Shown: positions 19,742 through 31,696 of the stretch, one piece after another | How the letters are laid out: the number at the start of each line of letters is the position of its first letter | How positions within the stretch are numbered: position 1 is the stretch's first letter | Assembly: GCA_043824255.1 (NCBI GenBank) | Contig: JBDRTG010000047.1 | Coordinates: 281,798 to 345,797 of the forward strand | Length of the DNA: 64,000 bases | Direction: 5' to 3' | From: a bacterium | Lineage (GTDB): Bacteria; JAHJDO01 | Made by a program: the position numbers and the translations under genes | Notes under the pieces: model-generated | What the model was told of the DNA's origin: nothing | The model's database searches: none | What the model saw: the letters and a program-made list of their open reading frames with translations, nothing else

Positions 19742-21510
19742 ACGGCAAAATAATAAAAGTTTCAGGGCCTCTGGTCTTAGCAGACTGTATGCAAGACGCA
19801 AGAATGTTCGACCTGGTAAAAGTAGGGAATAAGAAGCTCATCGGAGAGATAATAGAATTAAGAGGCGATGTAGCCTCTATTCAGGTATATGAAGAAACAG
19901 CAGGAATTGGTCCGGATGAACCCGTTATATCAACGGGTAGACCTTTAAGCGTAGAATTGGGGCCTGGATTAATAGAATCAATATATGACGGTATCCAACG
20001 TCCTTTGGATATACTGATGGAGAAAACAGGGGAATACATTACCAGAGGTGTTTCTGCCCCGGGAATTGACCGCAACAAAAAATGGCATTTTGTGCCGTCT
20101 GCAAAGGAAGGAGACACTGTGCGTTATGGAGACGCAATTGGAACAGTTCAGGAAACAAACACAGTTATCCATAAAATCATGGTACCTTCAGGGAGGGAAG
20201 GTAAAATAGAAAAAATTACAGAGGGTAAGTTCGCTGTTGAAGATACAGTTGCAGTAATTAAAACTGACAAAGGGACTAAGAACATTACAATGCTGCAATA
20301 CTGGCCTGTAAGAATCCCAAGACCATATCAGAAGAAGTTAGTGCCTGATACTCCTCTTATTACAGGTCAGCGAGTGATTGACACATTTTTCCCAATTGCG
20401 AGAGGAGGCACTGCTTGTATTCCAGGTCCTTTTGGCAGTGGGAAAACTGTCGTTCAGCATCAACTTGCAAAATGGTCGGATGCAGAGATTATTGTCTATA
20501 TAGGATGCGGAGAACGCGGCAATGAAATGACAGACGTATTAATGGAATTTCCGCAGCTTAAGGATCCAAAGACAGGGAACCCGTTAATGAAAAGAACTGT
20601 GCTTATAGCCAATACATCCAACATGCCTGTTGCTGCAAGAGAAGCTTCTATATATACAGGAGTAACAATAGCTGAATATTACCGCGATATGGGATATAAC
20701 GTTGCGGTAATGGCCGATTCTACCTCCAGATGGGCAGAAGCGTTAAGAGAAATGTCCGGCAGACTTGAAGAGATGCCCGGAGAAGAGGGATATCCGGCAT
20801 ATCTGCCCGCAAAACTTGCTGAATTCTATGAACGGGCAGGCAGAGTGATCTGTAAAGGCACAGATTCCAGAGAGGGTACATTAAGCATAATCGGTGCTGT
20901 ATCACCTCCGGGAGGCGACCTTTCCGACCCGGTTGTTCAGGGAACACTGAAGGTTGTTAAAGTTTTTTGGGCACTGGAGGATAAACTGGCATACAGACGT
21001 CATTTTCCTGCAATAAGCTGGATCAATAGTTATTCTTTATATCTTGATAATATCCATGATTTCTTAAAAGAAAATTTAGGCGAAGACTGGATGAAAATGC
21101 ATCAGGAAGGCATGAAACTTCTCCAGCAGGAAACTGACCTTCAGGAAATCGTACGGCTTGTCGGGCTGGATACTCTTTCTACCTCTGACCGACTTATTCT
21201 TGATACTGCAAAGTCTATAAGAGAAGATTTCCTGCATCAAAACGCATTTCATGAGATAGATACTTACACATCCCTTAAGAAGCAATACCGCATGCTGAAA
21301 CTAATTATGATGCTTCATGAAAAATGCATTCAGGCAGTAGGCGAGGGAACACCTATAGAATCACTGACCAACCTGAAAATCAGAGAAGATATATCGCGAA
21401 TGCGGTTTATTGAGGAGAAAAAACTTGATAAGTTCTCTGAGCTGGAGCGCAGAGTAGAGGAAGAAATAAGCCAGCTTACAGTGGAGAGTAAGCCACAAGC
21501 GGAGTTATAA
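19738..21510 (+). CDS. ntpA: V/A-type ATPase subunit A
   Basis: [25 protein letters not shown]; no intein. Confidence 0.97.
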   Translation: MNGKIIKVSGPLVLADCMQDARMFDLVKVGNKKLIGEIIELRGDVASIQVYEETAGIGPDEPVISTGRPLSVELGPGLIESIYDGIQRPLDILMEKTGEYITRGVSAPGIDRNKKWHFVPSAKEGDTVRYGDAIGTVQETNTVIHKIMVPSGREGKIEKITEGKFAVEDTVAVIKTDKGTKNITMLQYWPVRIPRPYQKKLVPDTPLITGQRVIDTFFPIARGGTACIPGPFGSGKTVVQHQLAKWSDAEIIVYIGCGERGNEMTDVLMEFPQLKDPKTGNPLMKRTVLIANTSNMPVAAREASIYTGVTIAEYYRDMGYNVAVMADSTSRWAEALREMSGRLEEMPGEEGYPAYLPAKLAEFYERAGRVICKGTDSREGTLSIIGAVSPPGGDLSDPVVQGTLKVVKVFWALEDKLAYRRHFPAISWINSYSLYLDNIHDFLKENLGEDWMKMHQEGMKLLQQETDLQEIVRLVGLDTLSTSDRLILDTAKSIREDFLHQNAFHEIDTYTSLKKQYRMLKLIMMLHEKCIQAVGEGTPIESLTNLKIREDISRMRFIEEKKLDKFSELERRVEEEISQLTVESKPQAEL

Positions 21511-22890
21511 ATGCAAAAAGAATATTTGACTGTTAGAGAGATAGTTGGACCGCTTATTCTTGTAGAGGATATCAAAGGTGTAAAATACGATGAGCTAATA
21601 GAAATTGGCTTGCCAAGTGGGGAGATAAGACAGGGAAAGGTTTTGGAAATTTCAACTGACAAAGCTCTTATACAGGTATTTGAGGGCACAAGCGGAATAG
21701 ATATAGCTAAAACCCGCGTGAAATTTTTGGGTAAAGGAATAGAGCTTCCTGTTTCAGAGGATTTGATGGGTAGAGTCTTTGACGGGCTGGGCAAACCAAT
21801 GGATGACGGTCCGGAAATAATTCCTGAAAAATATCTGGATATAAACGGCAATCCCATTAATCCATATGCGCGTGATTATCCATCTGAGTTTATTCAAACC
21901 GGGATATCTGCAATAGACGGTCTGAACACTCTGGTAAGAGGACAGAAACTGCCTATTTTTTCCGGATCCGGACTTCCGCATTCCCAGGTTGCCGCTCAGA
22001 TTGCAAGACAGGCAAAGGTTGTTGGCAAAGAGGAAAAATTCGCTGTTGTTTTTGCTGCTATTGGCATAACCTTTGAAGAAGCAGATTTCTTTATTTCGGA
22101 TTTCAGAAGAACAGGAGCTATAGAACGAACAGTCCTGTTCATAAACCTTGCTGATGACCCTGCCATTGAGAGAATTGCTACTCCGCGTGTTGCACTAACA
22201 GCAGCAGAATATCTGGCATTTGAGAGAGGTATGCATGTGCTGGTTATATTAACGGACATGACAAATTATTGCGAAGCATTACGTTCTGTATCTGCAGCCA
22301 GAAAGGAAGTTCCCGGAAGAAGAGGATATCCGGGTTATATGTATACTGATCTTGCTTCAATCTATGAAAGGGCAGGTAGAATTAAAAATAAAAGAGGATC
22401 CATTACTCAGATTCCTATTCTGACCATGCCTGACGATGATAAAACACATCCCATACCGGATTTGACAGGTTACATTACAGAGGGACAGATTATACTGAAT
22501 AGAAGTCTTCATAAAAAGGGGATATCTCCTCCTATTGATGTTCTTCCGTCACTTTCAAGGTTGAAGGATAAAGGGATTGGTAAAGAGAAAACACGAGAAG
22601 ACCATGCTGATGTTTTTAATCAGCTTTTTGCTGCTTATGCAAGTGGTAAGGAAGCGCAGGAACTTGCAATTATTCTTGGAGAATCCGCTTTGAGCGATAT
22701 AGATAAATTATATTTTAAGTTTTCAGACGAGTTTGAAAAACGCTATGTGGGTCAGGGATACGATGAGAATAGAACCATAGACCAAACACTTGACCTGGGA
22801 TGGGAACTCCTCTCAATGCTGCCAAAATCAGAACTAAAGAGAATAAGACCTGAATATATAGAGAAATATCTTAAGAGTAAATCCAAGTAG
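21511..22890 (+). CDS. ntpB: V/A-type ATPase subunit B
   Basis: [42 protein letters not shown]. Confidence 0.97.
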   Translation: MQKEYLTVREIVGPLILVEDIKGVKYDELIEIGLPSGEIRQGKVLEISTDKALIQVFEGTSGIDIAKTRVKFLGKGIELPVSEDLMGRVFDGLGKPMDDGPEIIPEKYLDINGNPINPYARDYPSEFIQTGISAIDGLNTLVRGQKLPIFSGSGLPHSQVAAQIARQAKVVGKEEKFAVVFAAIGITFEEADFFISDFRRTGAIERTVLFINLADDPAIERIATPRVALTAAEYLAFERGMHVLVILTDMTNYCEALRSVSAARKEVPGRRGYPGYMYTDLASIYERAGRIKNKRGSITQIPILTMPDDDKTHPIPDLTGYITEGQIILNRSLHKKGISPPIDVLPSLSRLKDKGIGKEKTREDHADVFNQLFAAYASGKEAQELAIILGESALSDIDKLYFKFSDEFEKRYVGQGYDENRTIDQTLDLGWELLSMLPKSELKRIRPEYIEKYLKSKSK

Positions 22891-22909
22891 GCATGCGAAT
22901 TGTGTCCAT

Positions 22910-23989
22910 TTATTTTATGTAAATATCCGGCCTTTGTATGGTCATGTCTTCATATCTGATAGTCAACATTGGCCAGTCTGCTGCCTGTGTGATTATTTCT
23001 GTTTTATCCTTGAGAGCAATTATTGTGTCTTCTGACTTTGTTCCTGTAATGGATGGGTTCCATGCAAAAGCCTGATTCAATTTAACTGTTTCTTTACTGT
23101 CAGATGTTCCTTTGTAGTCTCTGCACGAATAACCTGTTGCTCCTCCCTGGTGATGCAGCTTCCACTCATCTCTGAAACCAGTTTTTTCATAGATATCTAA
23201 AGCTTTCCTAAAAATATCTCCAACACTATTTCCCAACCTTGTATTTGCAGTAAAGGAGGCATCAACCTTTGTAACCGCATTATGCTTTTCTCTTAATTCA
23301 GCAGGCAGGCTTCCAAAATGAACAAGCCTTGTTAATGACGTTATCAAACCCCATTTTCTTGCGCATACAACAATCATAATATATTTTTTTATCCTATTAT
23401 CTGTTGGGATTGGGTGTCTGTATTTCCTGATACGCTCATCAGCTGCTATAAGAAGAACAATGGGAATTATGCCTGAGGAGAGAAGTCTTTCTGCTACCAG
23501 CCCAGCTACTTTGTGCTCAGAATCGCCAGGCTTTATAATATCAGATACTTCCTTTAGACTTTTTGAACTCTCATGTCCAATCCATCTGTATTTTTCTATT
23601 TCCGGCTCAGTTAAACTATAGCGCAACGGGGCAATTTCTTCATCTGAGGCAACACGCATACCATCGGTTATCTCTTTGATAATTTTTGCAGATCTATTGG
23701 TCTCATTCCACGGAAATTCAACAAGTTCAAATGCCTGGTCATTTATTTCCTCATCTTTGATACGCGGAGCTTCAATATTGTTGGCAATAATATACTTTTT
23801 CGCTTTTGTGACAATAGCTGTAACACTACCGATTTCAGTTGCTATGCCAACATGGTTGTCCCCACCTCCAGTGAGCCACGCAAAATTACTCTGTTTGTTA
23901 ACAATAACAGCACCATAGCCGTTACTATCCATGAAGCCATGTAATCTCTTTTCCTTTTCTTTAATCTCGGCTTTAATATCTATGTTCAT
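22910..23989 (-). CDS. M24 (Xaa-Pro peptidase/creatinase fold) family hydrolase
   Basis: YRHP, HHQGG, AWNPS, TKSEDT. Confidence 0.8.
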   Translation of the reverse strand: MNIDIKAEIKEKEKRLHGFMDSNGYGAVIVNKQSNFAWLTGGGDNHVGIATEIGSVTAIVTKAKKYIIANNIEAPRIKDEEINDQAFELVEFPWNETNRSAKIIKEITDGMRVASDEEIAPLRYSLTEPEIEKYRWIGHESSKSLKEVSDIIKPGDSEHKVAGLVAERLLSSGIIPIVLLIAADERIRKYRHPIPTDNRIKKYIMIVVCARKWGLITSLTRLVHFGSLPAELREKHNAVTKVDASFTANTRLGNSVGDIFRKALDIYEKTGFRDEWKLHHQGGATGYSCRDYKGTSDSKETVKLNQAFAWNPSITGTKSEDTIIALKDKTEIITQAADWPMLTIRYEDMTIQRPDIYIK

Positions 23990-24043
23990 ATTTAAAGACT
24001 AAATTCTTAATTTGATTAATAATTGGAAATTTAAAATTAGGAA

Positions 24044-25561
24044 TTATGTTCTTTTGCGTTTTGCCAACAACCTATTCACAGCATTAACATAAGCTTTCAC
24101 ACTTGCTTCAATAATGTCAGTACTAGCTCCCCTTCCTGCTACTGTTCTATTACCAACTGCAACCTTTACATGAACCTCGCCTAATGCGTCCTTTCCTCCT
24201 GTAACAGCTTGGAGAGAATAGTCAACAAGTTTGGCTTTCAGATGGGTAATCTTGTCAATAGCTTTATATGCGGCATCTACGGGACCGTCTCCACAGGCTG
24301 CTTCCTGGGAAACTGCATTTCCTTTTCTTAATCTTATAGTAGCAGTTGGTATAGTTTTGTTTCCACTTACAGTATTAAAGTATTCAAGAATGTAAGTTTC
24401 TGAAGTTGTAGTTATTTCATCCTCAACTATAGCCTCCAGATCTTCATCAAAAACCTCTTGCTTACGATCTGCTACTGTTATAAATCGCTCATAGACCTGA
24501 TTCAGTTTTTCTCCTTTGAGTTTATACCCCAGCTTTTCCAAACGATGTTTAAGCGCATGTCGTCCAGACCGAGCTGTTAATACAACATCGCTTTGTTGAA
24601 CGCCAACTTCCTCAGGTTTCATAATTTCATAAGTATTTCTATCCTTAAGAAAACCATCTACATGAATACCGCTGCTATGAGCAAAGGCATTCTTCCCTAT
24701 AATAGCTTTGTTTGGAGGAACTGATATGCCAAGGAGATGCGATACAAGCTTGGACGTTCTGTAAAGTTCCACTGTTTTTATTCCCGTAGAAAAACCAAAA
24801 TAGTCTGAGCGGACTTTAAGCGCCATAACTATTTCCTCAAGTGATGCGTTACCAGCGCGTTCACCAACCCCGTTGATTGTACACTCTGCCTGTCTTGCCC
24901 CAGCCTTCACTCCTGCAAGGCTATTCGCTACAGCCAGACCAAGGTCATTGTGACAATGAACACTAATAATAGCCTGACTAATATTCGGGACTTCCTCTCT
25001 AATCTTCATGATAAGTGATGCGAATTGTTCTGGCATAGTGTATCCGGTTGTATCCGGGATATTAATGATTTTTGCACCTGCTTCTATAACGGCTTCCACC
25101 ATTTCCAGTAGAAAACCTGGCTCTGCTCTTCCAGCATCTTCTGCGTAAAACTCCACTTCTCTGGCGAATTCCCTTGCTAATTTGACCGACTGCACAGCCA
25201 TTTTCAAAACTTCAGTTCTCGTTTTTCTAAGCTTACTCTCTATATGGATATCTGAAACACCGAGCCCTGTATGAATTCGTGATTTAGAAACTCCTTTTAA
25301 TGCTTTTCCTGCTATCTCTATATCCTCAGAGCGACACCGAGTGAGTGCACAAATGATCGGTCGATGAATCTCCTTGCCAATAGCCTGAACAGCTTCGAAA
25401 TCGCCAGGAGAAGAAGCTGGAAAACCAACTTCCATTACATCCACGCCCAAACGCTCCAGTTGTCTAGCTATCTTAAGTTTTTCCTGAGGACCCAGTCGAG
25501 TACCTGCGGCCTGCTCCCCATCCCGCAAAGTAGTGTCAAATATTATAATCCTATTTCCCAT
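24044..25561 (-). CDS. leuA: 2-isopropylmalate synthase
   Basis: DTTLRDGEQ, HCHNDLG, GERAGNA, HSSGIH, regulatory domain GDGPVDA. Confidence 0.95.
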   Translation of the reverse strand: MGNRIIIFDTTLRDGEQAAGTRLGPQEKLKIARQLERLGVDVMEVGFPASSPGDFEAVQAIGKEIHRPIICALTRCRSEDIEIAGKALKGVSKSRIHTGLGVSDIHIESKLRKTRTEVLKMAVQSVKLAREFAREVEFYAEDAGRAEPGFLLEMVEAVIEAGAKIINIPDTTGYTMPEQFASLIMKIREEVPNISQAIISVHCHNDLGLAVANSLAGVKAGARQAECTINGVGERAGNASLEEIVMALKVRSDYFGFSTGIKTVELYRTSKLVSHLLGISVPPNKAIIGKNAFAHSSGIHVDGFLKDRNTYEIMKPEEVGVQQSDVVLTARSGRHALKHRLEKLGYKLKGEKLNQVYERFITVADRKQEVFDEDLEAIVEDEITTTSETYILEYFNTVSGNKTIPTATIRLRKGNAVSQEAACGDGPVDAAYKAIDKITHLKAKLVDYSLQAVTGGKDALGEVHVKVAVGNRTVAGRGASTDIIEASVKAYVNAVNRLLAKRKRT

Positions 25562-25570
25562 GAGTTCCTT

Positions 25571-26572
<1,002 letters not shown>

Positions 26573-26580
26573 CTAACCTC

Positions 26581-27066
26581 CTATTTTTTATCCACTCTTG
26601 TCATTGCTATTTTGCCGGTTCTGGCGATTTCTGCTATTCCAAACGGTCTTATTAAATCCAAAAATGTGTTTAGCTTTTTTTCATCTCCATCTATTTCCAC
26701 TATTAGATGTTTTGGATTCATGCTTACCACTTTACACTGAAAAGTTTCAACAATCTGGGTCAGTTTTGTATATGTGGCTGGATTATAAGCAAGTTTTATT
26801 AACATGAGTTCACGGTCTATTGTATCCTTTCCCGTTAAATCCTGAACCTTTATCACATCTATAAGTTTATTAAGCTGTTTTGTGATTTGCTCAAGAACCT
26901 TTTCATCTCCTTCTGTAACAATAATCATTCTGGAGATTGTGGGATCTTCAGCAGTCGCACCTACAGTCAAGCTTGTTATATTAAATCCTCTTCCACTAAA
27001 AAGCCCGCTTATTCTGGCGAGAACACCAAACTTGTTTTCAACCTGACAGGATATTATATGTTTCAT
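26581..27066 (-). CDS. ilvN: Acetolactate synthase small subunit
   Basis: VENKFGVLARISGLFSGRGFNI, QITKQLNKLIDV. Confidence 0.97.
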   Translation of the reverse strand: MKHIISCQVENKFGVLARISGLFSGRGFNITSLTVGATAEDPTISRMIIVTEGDEKVLEQITKQLNKLIDVIKVQDLTGKDTIDRELMLIKLAYNPATYTKLTQIVETFQCKVVSMNPKHLIVEIDGDEKKLNTFLDLIRPFGIAEIARTGKIAMTRVDKK

Positions 27067-27084
27067 TTTATTATTTTATCCTTT

Positions 27085-28764
27085 CTATGCTAATCCAGAG
27101 AGCATTTCTGTTAAACTTGCTCCTGCAGGCACCATAGGAAATACATTCTCTTCTGGTGCTACTCTAAAGTCTATAACAAAAGGCGCGTCAGTTTTTATAG
27201 CTTCTTTAAGCGCTCCTTCAACATCCTTTTTGCATGTAACCCTAAGACCTTTTGCTCCATAAGCCTCAGCTATTTTTACAAAATCAGGGTTATTGTCAAG
27301 AATTGTATGTGAATACCTCTTTTCGTAAAACAACTCCTGCCACTGTCTTACCATTCCAAGACAGCCGTTATTTAAAATTGCTACTTTAACATTTATATTA
27401 TTTTTAGCAGCTGTACCGAGTTCCTGAATATTCATCTGAAAACTACCGTCTCCAGCTATATCAAAAACAATCTTGTCCGGACATCCAACTTTTGCTCCAA
27501 TAGCTGCAGGAAAGCCAAAACCCATTGTACCAAGACCGCCAGAAGAAATAAATGTTCTGGGCTTTGTATATCTAAAAAATTGAGCCGCCCACATTTGGTT
27601 CTGTCCAACCTCTGTTGTTATAATGACTTCTCCGTTTGTAACTTCGTCTATCTTTTCCACAACATACTGAGGCTTAATACAATCACCATCATCTTTATAT
27701 GCTAGAGGGCATTTCTTTTTCCATGCTTCTATCTTGCTATTCCATTGTTCCCTTGTTCTTAGTTTTATGTATTTAGTAAGTTCCTCAAGAACTTTTTTAA
27801 CATCTCCAACTATAGGAATATCAGTCTTAATGTTTTTCCCTATAGCAGTAGGGTCAATATCTATGTGAATTACAGAGGCGTGCGGCGCAAATTTACTGAC
27901 TTTTCCAGTTATCCTATCGTCAAACCTTGCTCCAACTGCAATAATAAGGTCTGAAGCCATAACAGCATGATTTGCATATTGGGTCCCATGCATGCCAAGC
28001 ATATTTAGAGATAATCTATGATTGTCAGGAAAACCTCCTTTACCCATAAGAGTAACAGTAACAGGAATATCATTCTTTTCAGCAAGTTCCTTTACAAGAA
28101 TATTTGCGCCCCGAGAAGCAATAACTCCCCCGCCAATATACAGAACAGGTTTCTTAGATCTATTAATGGCTTCTGCAGCTTTCTTAATCTGCTTAATATT
28201 CCCAGCATATGTTGGTTTATAGCCTTTAATATCAGCTTTTTCAGGGTATAAGAAATTAGTCTTATTTACCATCACATCCTTTGGCAAATCTATAAGAACC
28301 GGACCAGGTTTACCAGTAGAAGCAATATAGAAAGCTTCTTTGATTGTTTGAGCCAGGTCAGCCACATTTCTAACAAGATAATTGTATTTTGTTATAGGTC
28401 TTGTTATTCCAACAATATCAGCCTCCTGGAATGCATCATTACCTATCATTGATGTTAGTACCTGTCCGGTTAATGCAACAAGAGGAATAGAATCCATATA
28501 TGCAGTAGCTATCCCAGTTACCAGATTAGTCGCTCCGGGACCTGATGTAGCAAGACAGACCCCCACTTTTCCTGTAGCTCTTGCATACCCGTCAGCGGCA
28601 TGAGCTGCTCCCTGTTCATGCCTAACCAGAATATGCCTGATTTCTTTTGTTGCATATAGTTCATCATATACATCCAGCAGCACACCGCCTGGGAAGCCAA
28701 ATATGACCTCTACCTTCTCTTTCTTTAAGCTTTCTATAAGTATTTTAGCTCCACTGAGTTTCAA
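27085..28764 (-). CDS. ilvB: Acetolactate synthase large subunit
   Basis: [32 protein letters not shown] start. Confidence 0.97.
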   Translation of the reverse strand: MKLSGAKILIESLKKEKVEVIFGFPGGVLLDVYDELYATKEIRHILVRHEQGAAHAADGYARATGKVGVCLATSGPGATNLVTGIATAYMDSIPLVALTGQVLTSMIGNDAFQEADIVGITRPITKYNYLVRNVADLAQTIKEAFYIASTGKPGPVLIDLPKDVMVNKTNFLYPEKADIKGYKPTYAGNIKQIKKAAEAINRSKKPVLYIGGGVIASRGANILVKELAEKNDIPVTVTLMGKGGFPDNHRLSLNMLGMHGTQYANHAVMASDLIIAVGARFDDRITGKVSKFAPHASVIHIDIDPTAIGKNIKTDIPIVGDVKKVLEELTKYIKLRTREQWNSKIEAWKKKCPLAYKDDGDCIKPQYVVEKIDEVTNGEVIITTEVGQNQMWAAQFFRYTKPRTFISSGGLGTMGFGFPAAIGAKVGCPDKIVFDIAGDGSFQMNIQELGTAAKNNINVKVAILNNGCLGMVRQWQELFYEKRYSHTILDNNPDFVKIAEAYGAKGLRVTCKKDVEGALKEAIKTDAPFVIDFRVAPEENVFPMVPAGASLTEMLSGLA

Positions 28765-28768
28765 AATA

Positions 28769-30433
28769 TCACCCCTTTTTAAATATTGCTCCGGAACTTG
28801 CTGAAGACACCATTTGTGAATATCTATACATGTATCCGGATTTTATCCTTGGTTCTGGTTTCTTCCATTTACCCAATCTATCTCTAATTTCCTTATTAGT
28901 TAACTTAATATTTAGTTCTCTAGCAGGTATGTCTATTTCAACAGTATCTCCATCCTTTACTATAGCCAATGGACCTCCTTCAGCTGCTTCTGGGGATATA
29001 TGTCCAATAGCTGCCCCGCGCGTGCCGCCTGAAAATCTTCCATCAGTTAATAGAGCCACACTATCCGCAAGTCCAATGCCTGCAAGCGCTGCAGTAGGAG
29101 AAAGCCCTTCTCTCATTCCAGGACCACCCTTCGGACCTTCATAACGAAGAACAATAACATCTCCCTTCCTGATTTTTTTATCCATTATAGCTTTCATAGC
29201 TTCTTCTTCAGAGTCAAAAACCCTCGCAGGTCCTGAATGCTTCATCATATCAGGACTAACAGCAGACTGCTTAACAACAGCTCCATCAGGCGCTAAATTG
29301 CCTTTTAGTATTGCAATCCCGCCTTGTTTAGAATAAGGATTGCTTATTGGTCGGATAACCTCTTTATTGAGAATCTCGCATCCTGCAATGTTCTCAGAAA
29401 CCTTCATGGTCGTTACAGTTAAGCATTTCTTATTTATTACTCCCAGTTTACTGATCTCCGCCATTACTGCATGCACTCCTCCAGCTTCATCAAGATCCTC
29501 AAGATGATATTTGCCTGCTGGTGATAGTCTGCATAGATTCGGCACCTTTTTGCTTATTTTATCAAAAAGGCTAAGATCAAACTCTATTCCAGCTTCATTT
29601 GCAATAGCTGGCAGATGGAGAACTGTATTAGTTGAACTGCCAAGCGCCATTTCTACAGCTATTGCATTCTTAAAAGCGTCAAGCGTTGCAATGTCTCTTG
29701 GCTTTACATTTTTCTTTATGAGCTCGATTATCTGTGCCCCTGCTTCTTTGGCAAGTCTTATTCTTCTGGCATCAACAGCAGGTATTGTGCCATTTCCCGG
29801 CAAGCCCAACCCCAATGCTTCGCTAAGACAGTTCATTGAGTTCGCAGTGAACATGCCCGAACAGGAACCACACCCTGGACATGCCCTCTCTTCTATTTCA
29901 AGAAGCTCTTTTTCACTCATCTTGCCACCTGCCACAGCTCCAACTGCTTCAAAAACACTTATTAAATCTACAGCCTTTTTCCCAATCTTACCTGCCATCA
30001 TAGGCCCGCCACTTATTATGATTGCGGGAATATTTAATCTGAGCGCTGCCATAAGCATGCCGGGAACGATCTTATCGCAATTAGCAACAAGCACAAGACC
30101 GTCAAAAGGGTGCGCTTTTGCCATAACTTCTATTGAGTCTGCAATTAGTTCCCTGGAGCCTAGAGAATATTTCATGCCTTCATGATTCATTGCAATGCCG
30201 TCACATACTCCAATTACACCAAACTCCATAGGTGTTCCACCGCCCATATAAACACCTGCTTTAACAGCCTTAACTATTTGATTAAGATGAATATGCCCGG
30301 GGATAATTTCATTAAAGGAATTTGCTATTCCTATGATAGGTCTTGAAAGTTCTCTATCGCTATAGCCCATGGCTTTCAAAAGAGAGCGATGAGGCGCTCT
30401 TGATATTCCTTTTTTCATCAAATCACTACGCAT
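28769..30433 (-). CDS. ilvD: Dihydroxy-acid dehydratase
   Basis: [25 protein letters not shown]; start moved to ATG 30433 (GGAGG RBS). Confidence 0.97.
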   Translation of the reverse strand: MRSDLMKKGISRAPHRSLLKAMGYSDRELSRPIIGIANSFNEIIPGHIHLNQIVKAVKAGVYMGGGTPMEFGVIGVCDGIAMNHEGMKYSLGSRELIADSIEVMAKAHPFDGLVLVANCDKIVPGMLMAALRLNIPAIIISGGPMMAGKIGKKAVDLISVFEAVGAVAGGKMSEKELLEIEERACPGCGSCSGMFTANSMNCLSEALGLGLPGNGTIPAVDARRIRLAKEAGAQIIELIKKNVKPRDIATLDAFKNAIAVEMALGSSTNTVLHLPAIANEAGIEFDLSLFDKISKKVPNLCRLSPAGKYHLEDLDEAGGVHAVMAEISKLGVINKKCLTVTTMKVSENIAGCEILNKEVIRPISNPYSKQGGIAILKGNLAPDGAVVKQSAVSPDMMKHSGPARVFDSEEEAMKAIMDKKIRKGDVIVLRYEGPKGGPGMREGLSPTAALAGIGLADSVALLTDGRFSGGTRGAAIGHISPEAAEGGPLAIVKDGDTVEIDIPARELNIKLTNKEIRDRLGKWKKPEPRIKSGYMYRYSQMVSSASSGAIFKKG

Positions 30434-30466
30434 CCCTATTCCTCCGCAATTAAAAATTTCCTTATC

Positions 30467-30543
30467 TGGCGGGAGCGACGGGACTCGAACCCGCAACACC
30501 CAGATCGACAATCTGGTACTCTAACCAGTTGAGCTACGCCCCC
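30467..30543 (-). tRNA. tRNA-Asp(GTC)
   Basis: GGGGGCGTAGCTCAACTGG...CCAGA-TTGTCGA-TCTGG...GGTTCGAGTCC...CGCTCCCGCCA; CCA encoded. Confidence 0.97.
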
Positions 30544-30565
30544 TTTGAAAAGCTACAGTCATTTC

Positions 30566-30642
30566 TGGTGGGCGGTACTGGGTTTGAACCAGTGACATCC
30601 TGCTTGTAAGGCAGGCGCTCTCCCAGACTGAGCTAACCGCCC
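30566..30642 (-). tRNA. tRNA-Val(TAC)
   Basis: GGGCGGTTAGCTCAG...CCTGC-CTTACAA-GCAGG...GGTTCAAACC...ACCGCCCACCA. Confidence 0.97.
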
Positions 30643-30793
30643 TGAAAAAGCTAGTATATAAAAAGCTAATATGCTTAGCAAGCAAAAAAACCTCTGAGGA
30701 AACTCCAGTTATTAAATCCCTGATATTTAGCCGTCCAAAAAAATAGACGAATTTTGTATGGATTTTTATGTGAGGCGATGATACAATTTCCGT

Positions 30794-31651
30794 ATGAATT
30801 TTGTACCTATGCTTGATTTGATACAAAAGGCTTGGGACAAAGGGTACGCTGTTCCGTCATTTTGCGCGTGGAACGCTGATGTTATGCAGGCTGTGCTCAA
30901 TGTCAGCCAGCGCCTTTCAGCACCTGTTATCATAATGAATGGGCCTGGAGAATTTTTCTTGATGGCGCCTGATATAATGGGGTCTGTAGCTCAAGCAGTA
31001 GCCAAAGGGTACTGTGTTAAAGCTGCTCTTCACTTAGATCACGGAGATTCAATTAACCAAGTTAAACAGTGCATTAATGCGAAGTATACCTCGGTAATGC
31101 TTGATTTTTCATCAAGACCATTTGAAGAGAATGCAAAAGCTCTATGCGAGGTGGTCCGTCTGGCGCATCCAAATGGCATCACAGTTGAAGGTGAAATTGG
31201 TGCTGTGGGTAAGGTTGATAGTACCACTTCTGAAGGCGGGTGTTCTTCAACTCTAACCAATCCTGATGAGGCAAGCAGGTATGTCAAAGAAACAGGGGTT
31301 GATGTGCTGGCAATATCTATCGGCAATGCACACGGCAATTACACAAAACTACCGCAACTGGACTTTAACAGACTGGCAGCGATCCATAAGGCTGTGGACA
31401 TACCTCTGGTACTGCACGGCGGTTCGGGAACGCCTGATGACGATATTCAAAGGGCAATATCCATGGGTATTGCGAAGGTTAATGTAGCCACCGACCTTGT
31501 AAATGCTGTTCGGGAATCTCTTATCAAGCAGTGGCAGTCCGGTCAAAATCAGTGGGTTCCGTCTGCGCGCATAGAGGCCATGAGAGAAGTGGAAAAGGTT
31601 GTTGAAGAATGGATACATCGCACTGGAGCTGAGGGAAAGGCAGAGGCATGA
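30794..31651 (+). CDS. Class II fructose/tagatose-bisphosphate aldolase
   Basis: LHLDHG, VEGEIG, GNAHG, LVLHGGSG, KVNVAT. Confidence 0.92.
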   Translation: MNFVPMLDLIQKAWDKGYAVPSFCAWNADVMQAVLNVSQRLSAPVIIMNGPGEFFLMAPDIMGSVAQAVAKGYCVKAALHLDHGDSINQVKQCINAKYTSVMLDFSSRPFEENAKALCEVVRLAHPNGITVEGEIGAVGKVDSTTSEGGCSSTLTNPDEASRYVKETGVDVLAISIGNAHGNYTKLPQLDFNRLAAIHKAVDIPLVLHGGSGTPDDDIQRAISMGIAKVNVATDLVNAVRESLIKQWQSGQNQWVPSARIEAMREVEKVVEEWIHRTGAEGKAEA

Positions 31652-31696
31652 AATCAAGTATTAAGGTAATAATAGAATAGGTGGAGAGATATAAAT

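Noticed and set aside
19738..21510. Intein in ATPase subunit A
   Set aside because: Normal length (590 aa) with a continuous GPFGSGKTV motif.
29511..30185. Long antisense ORFs (also 12150-12725, 21330-21857, 61944-62585, 14364-14834, 57248-57712)
   Set aside because: They are shadows of well-supported genes on the opposite strand and have no recognisable motifs.
30434..30511. N-terminal extension of ilvD in the ORF track
   Set aside because: It overlaps tRNA-Asp; ATG 30433 has a GGAGG RBS and gives a typical MRSD start.
30521..30826. 101-aa minus-strand ORF
   Set aside because: It reads through the tRNA genes, so it is spurious.
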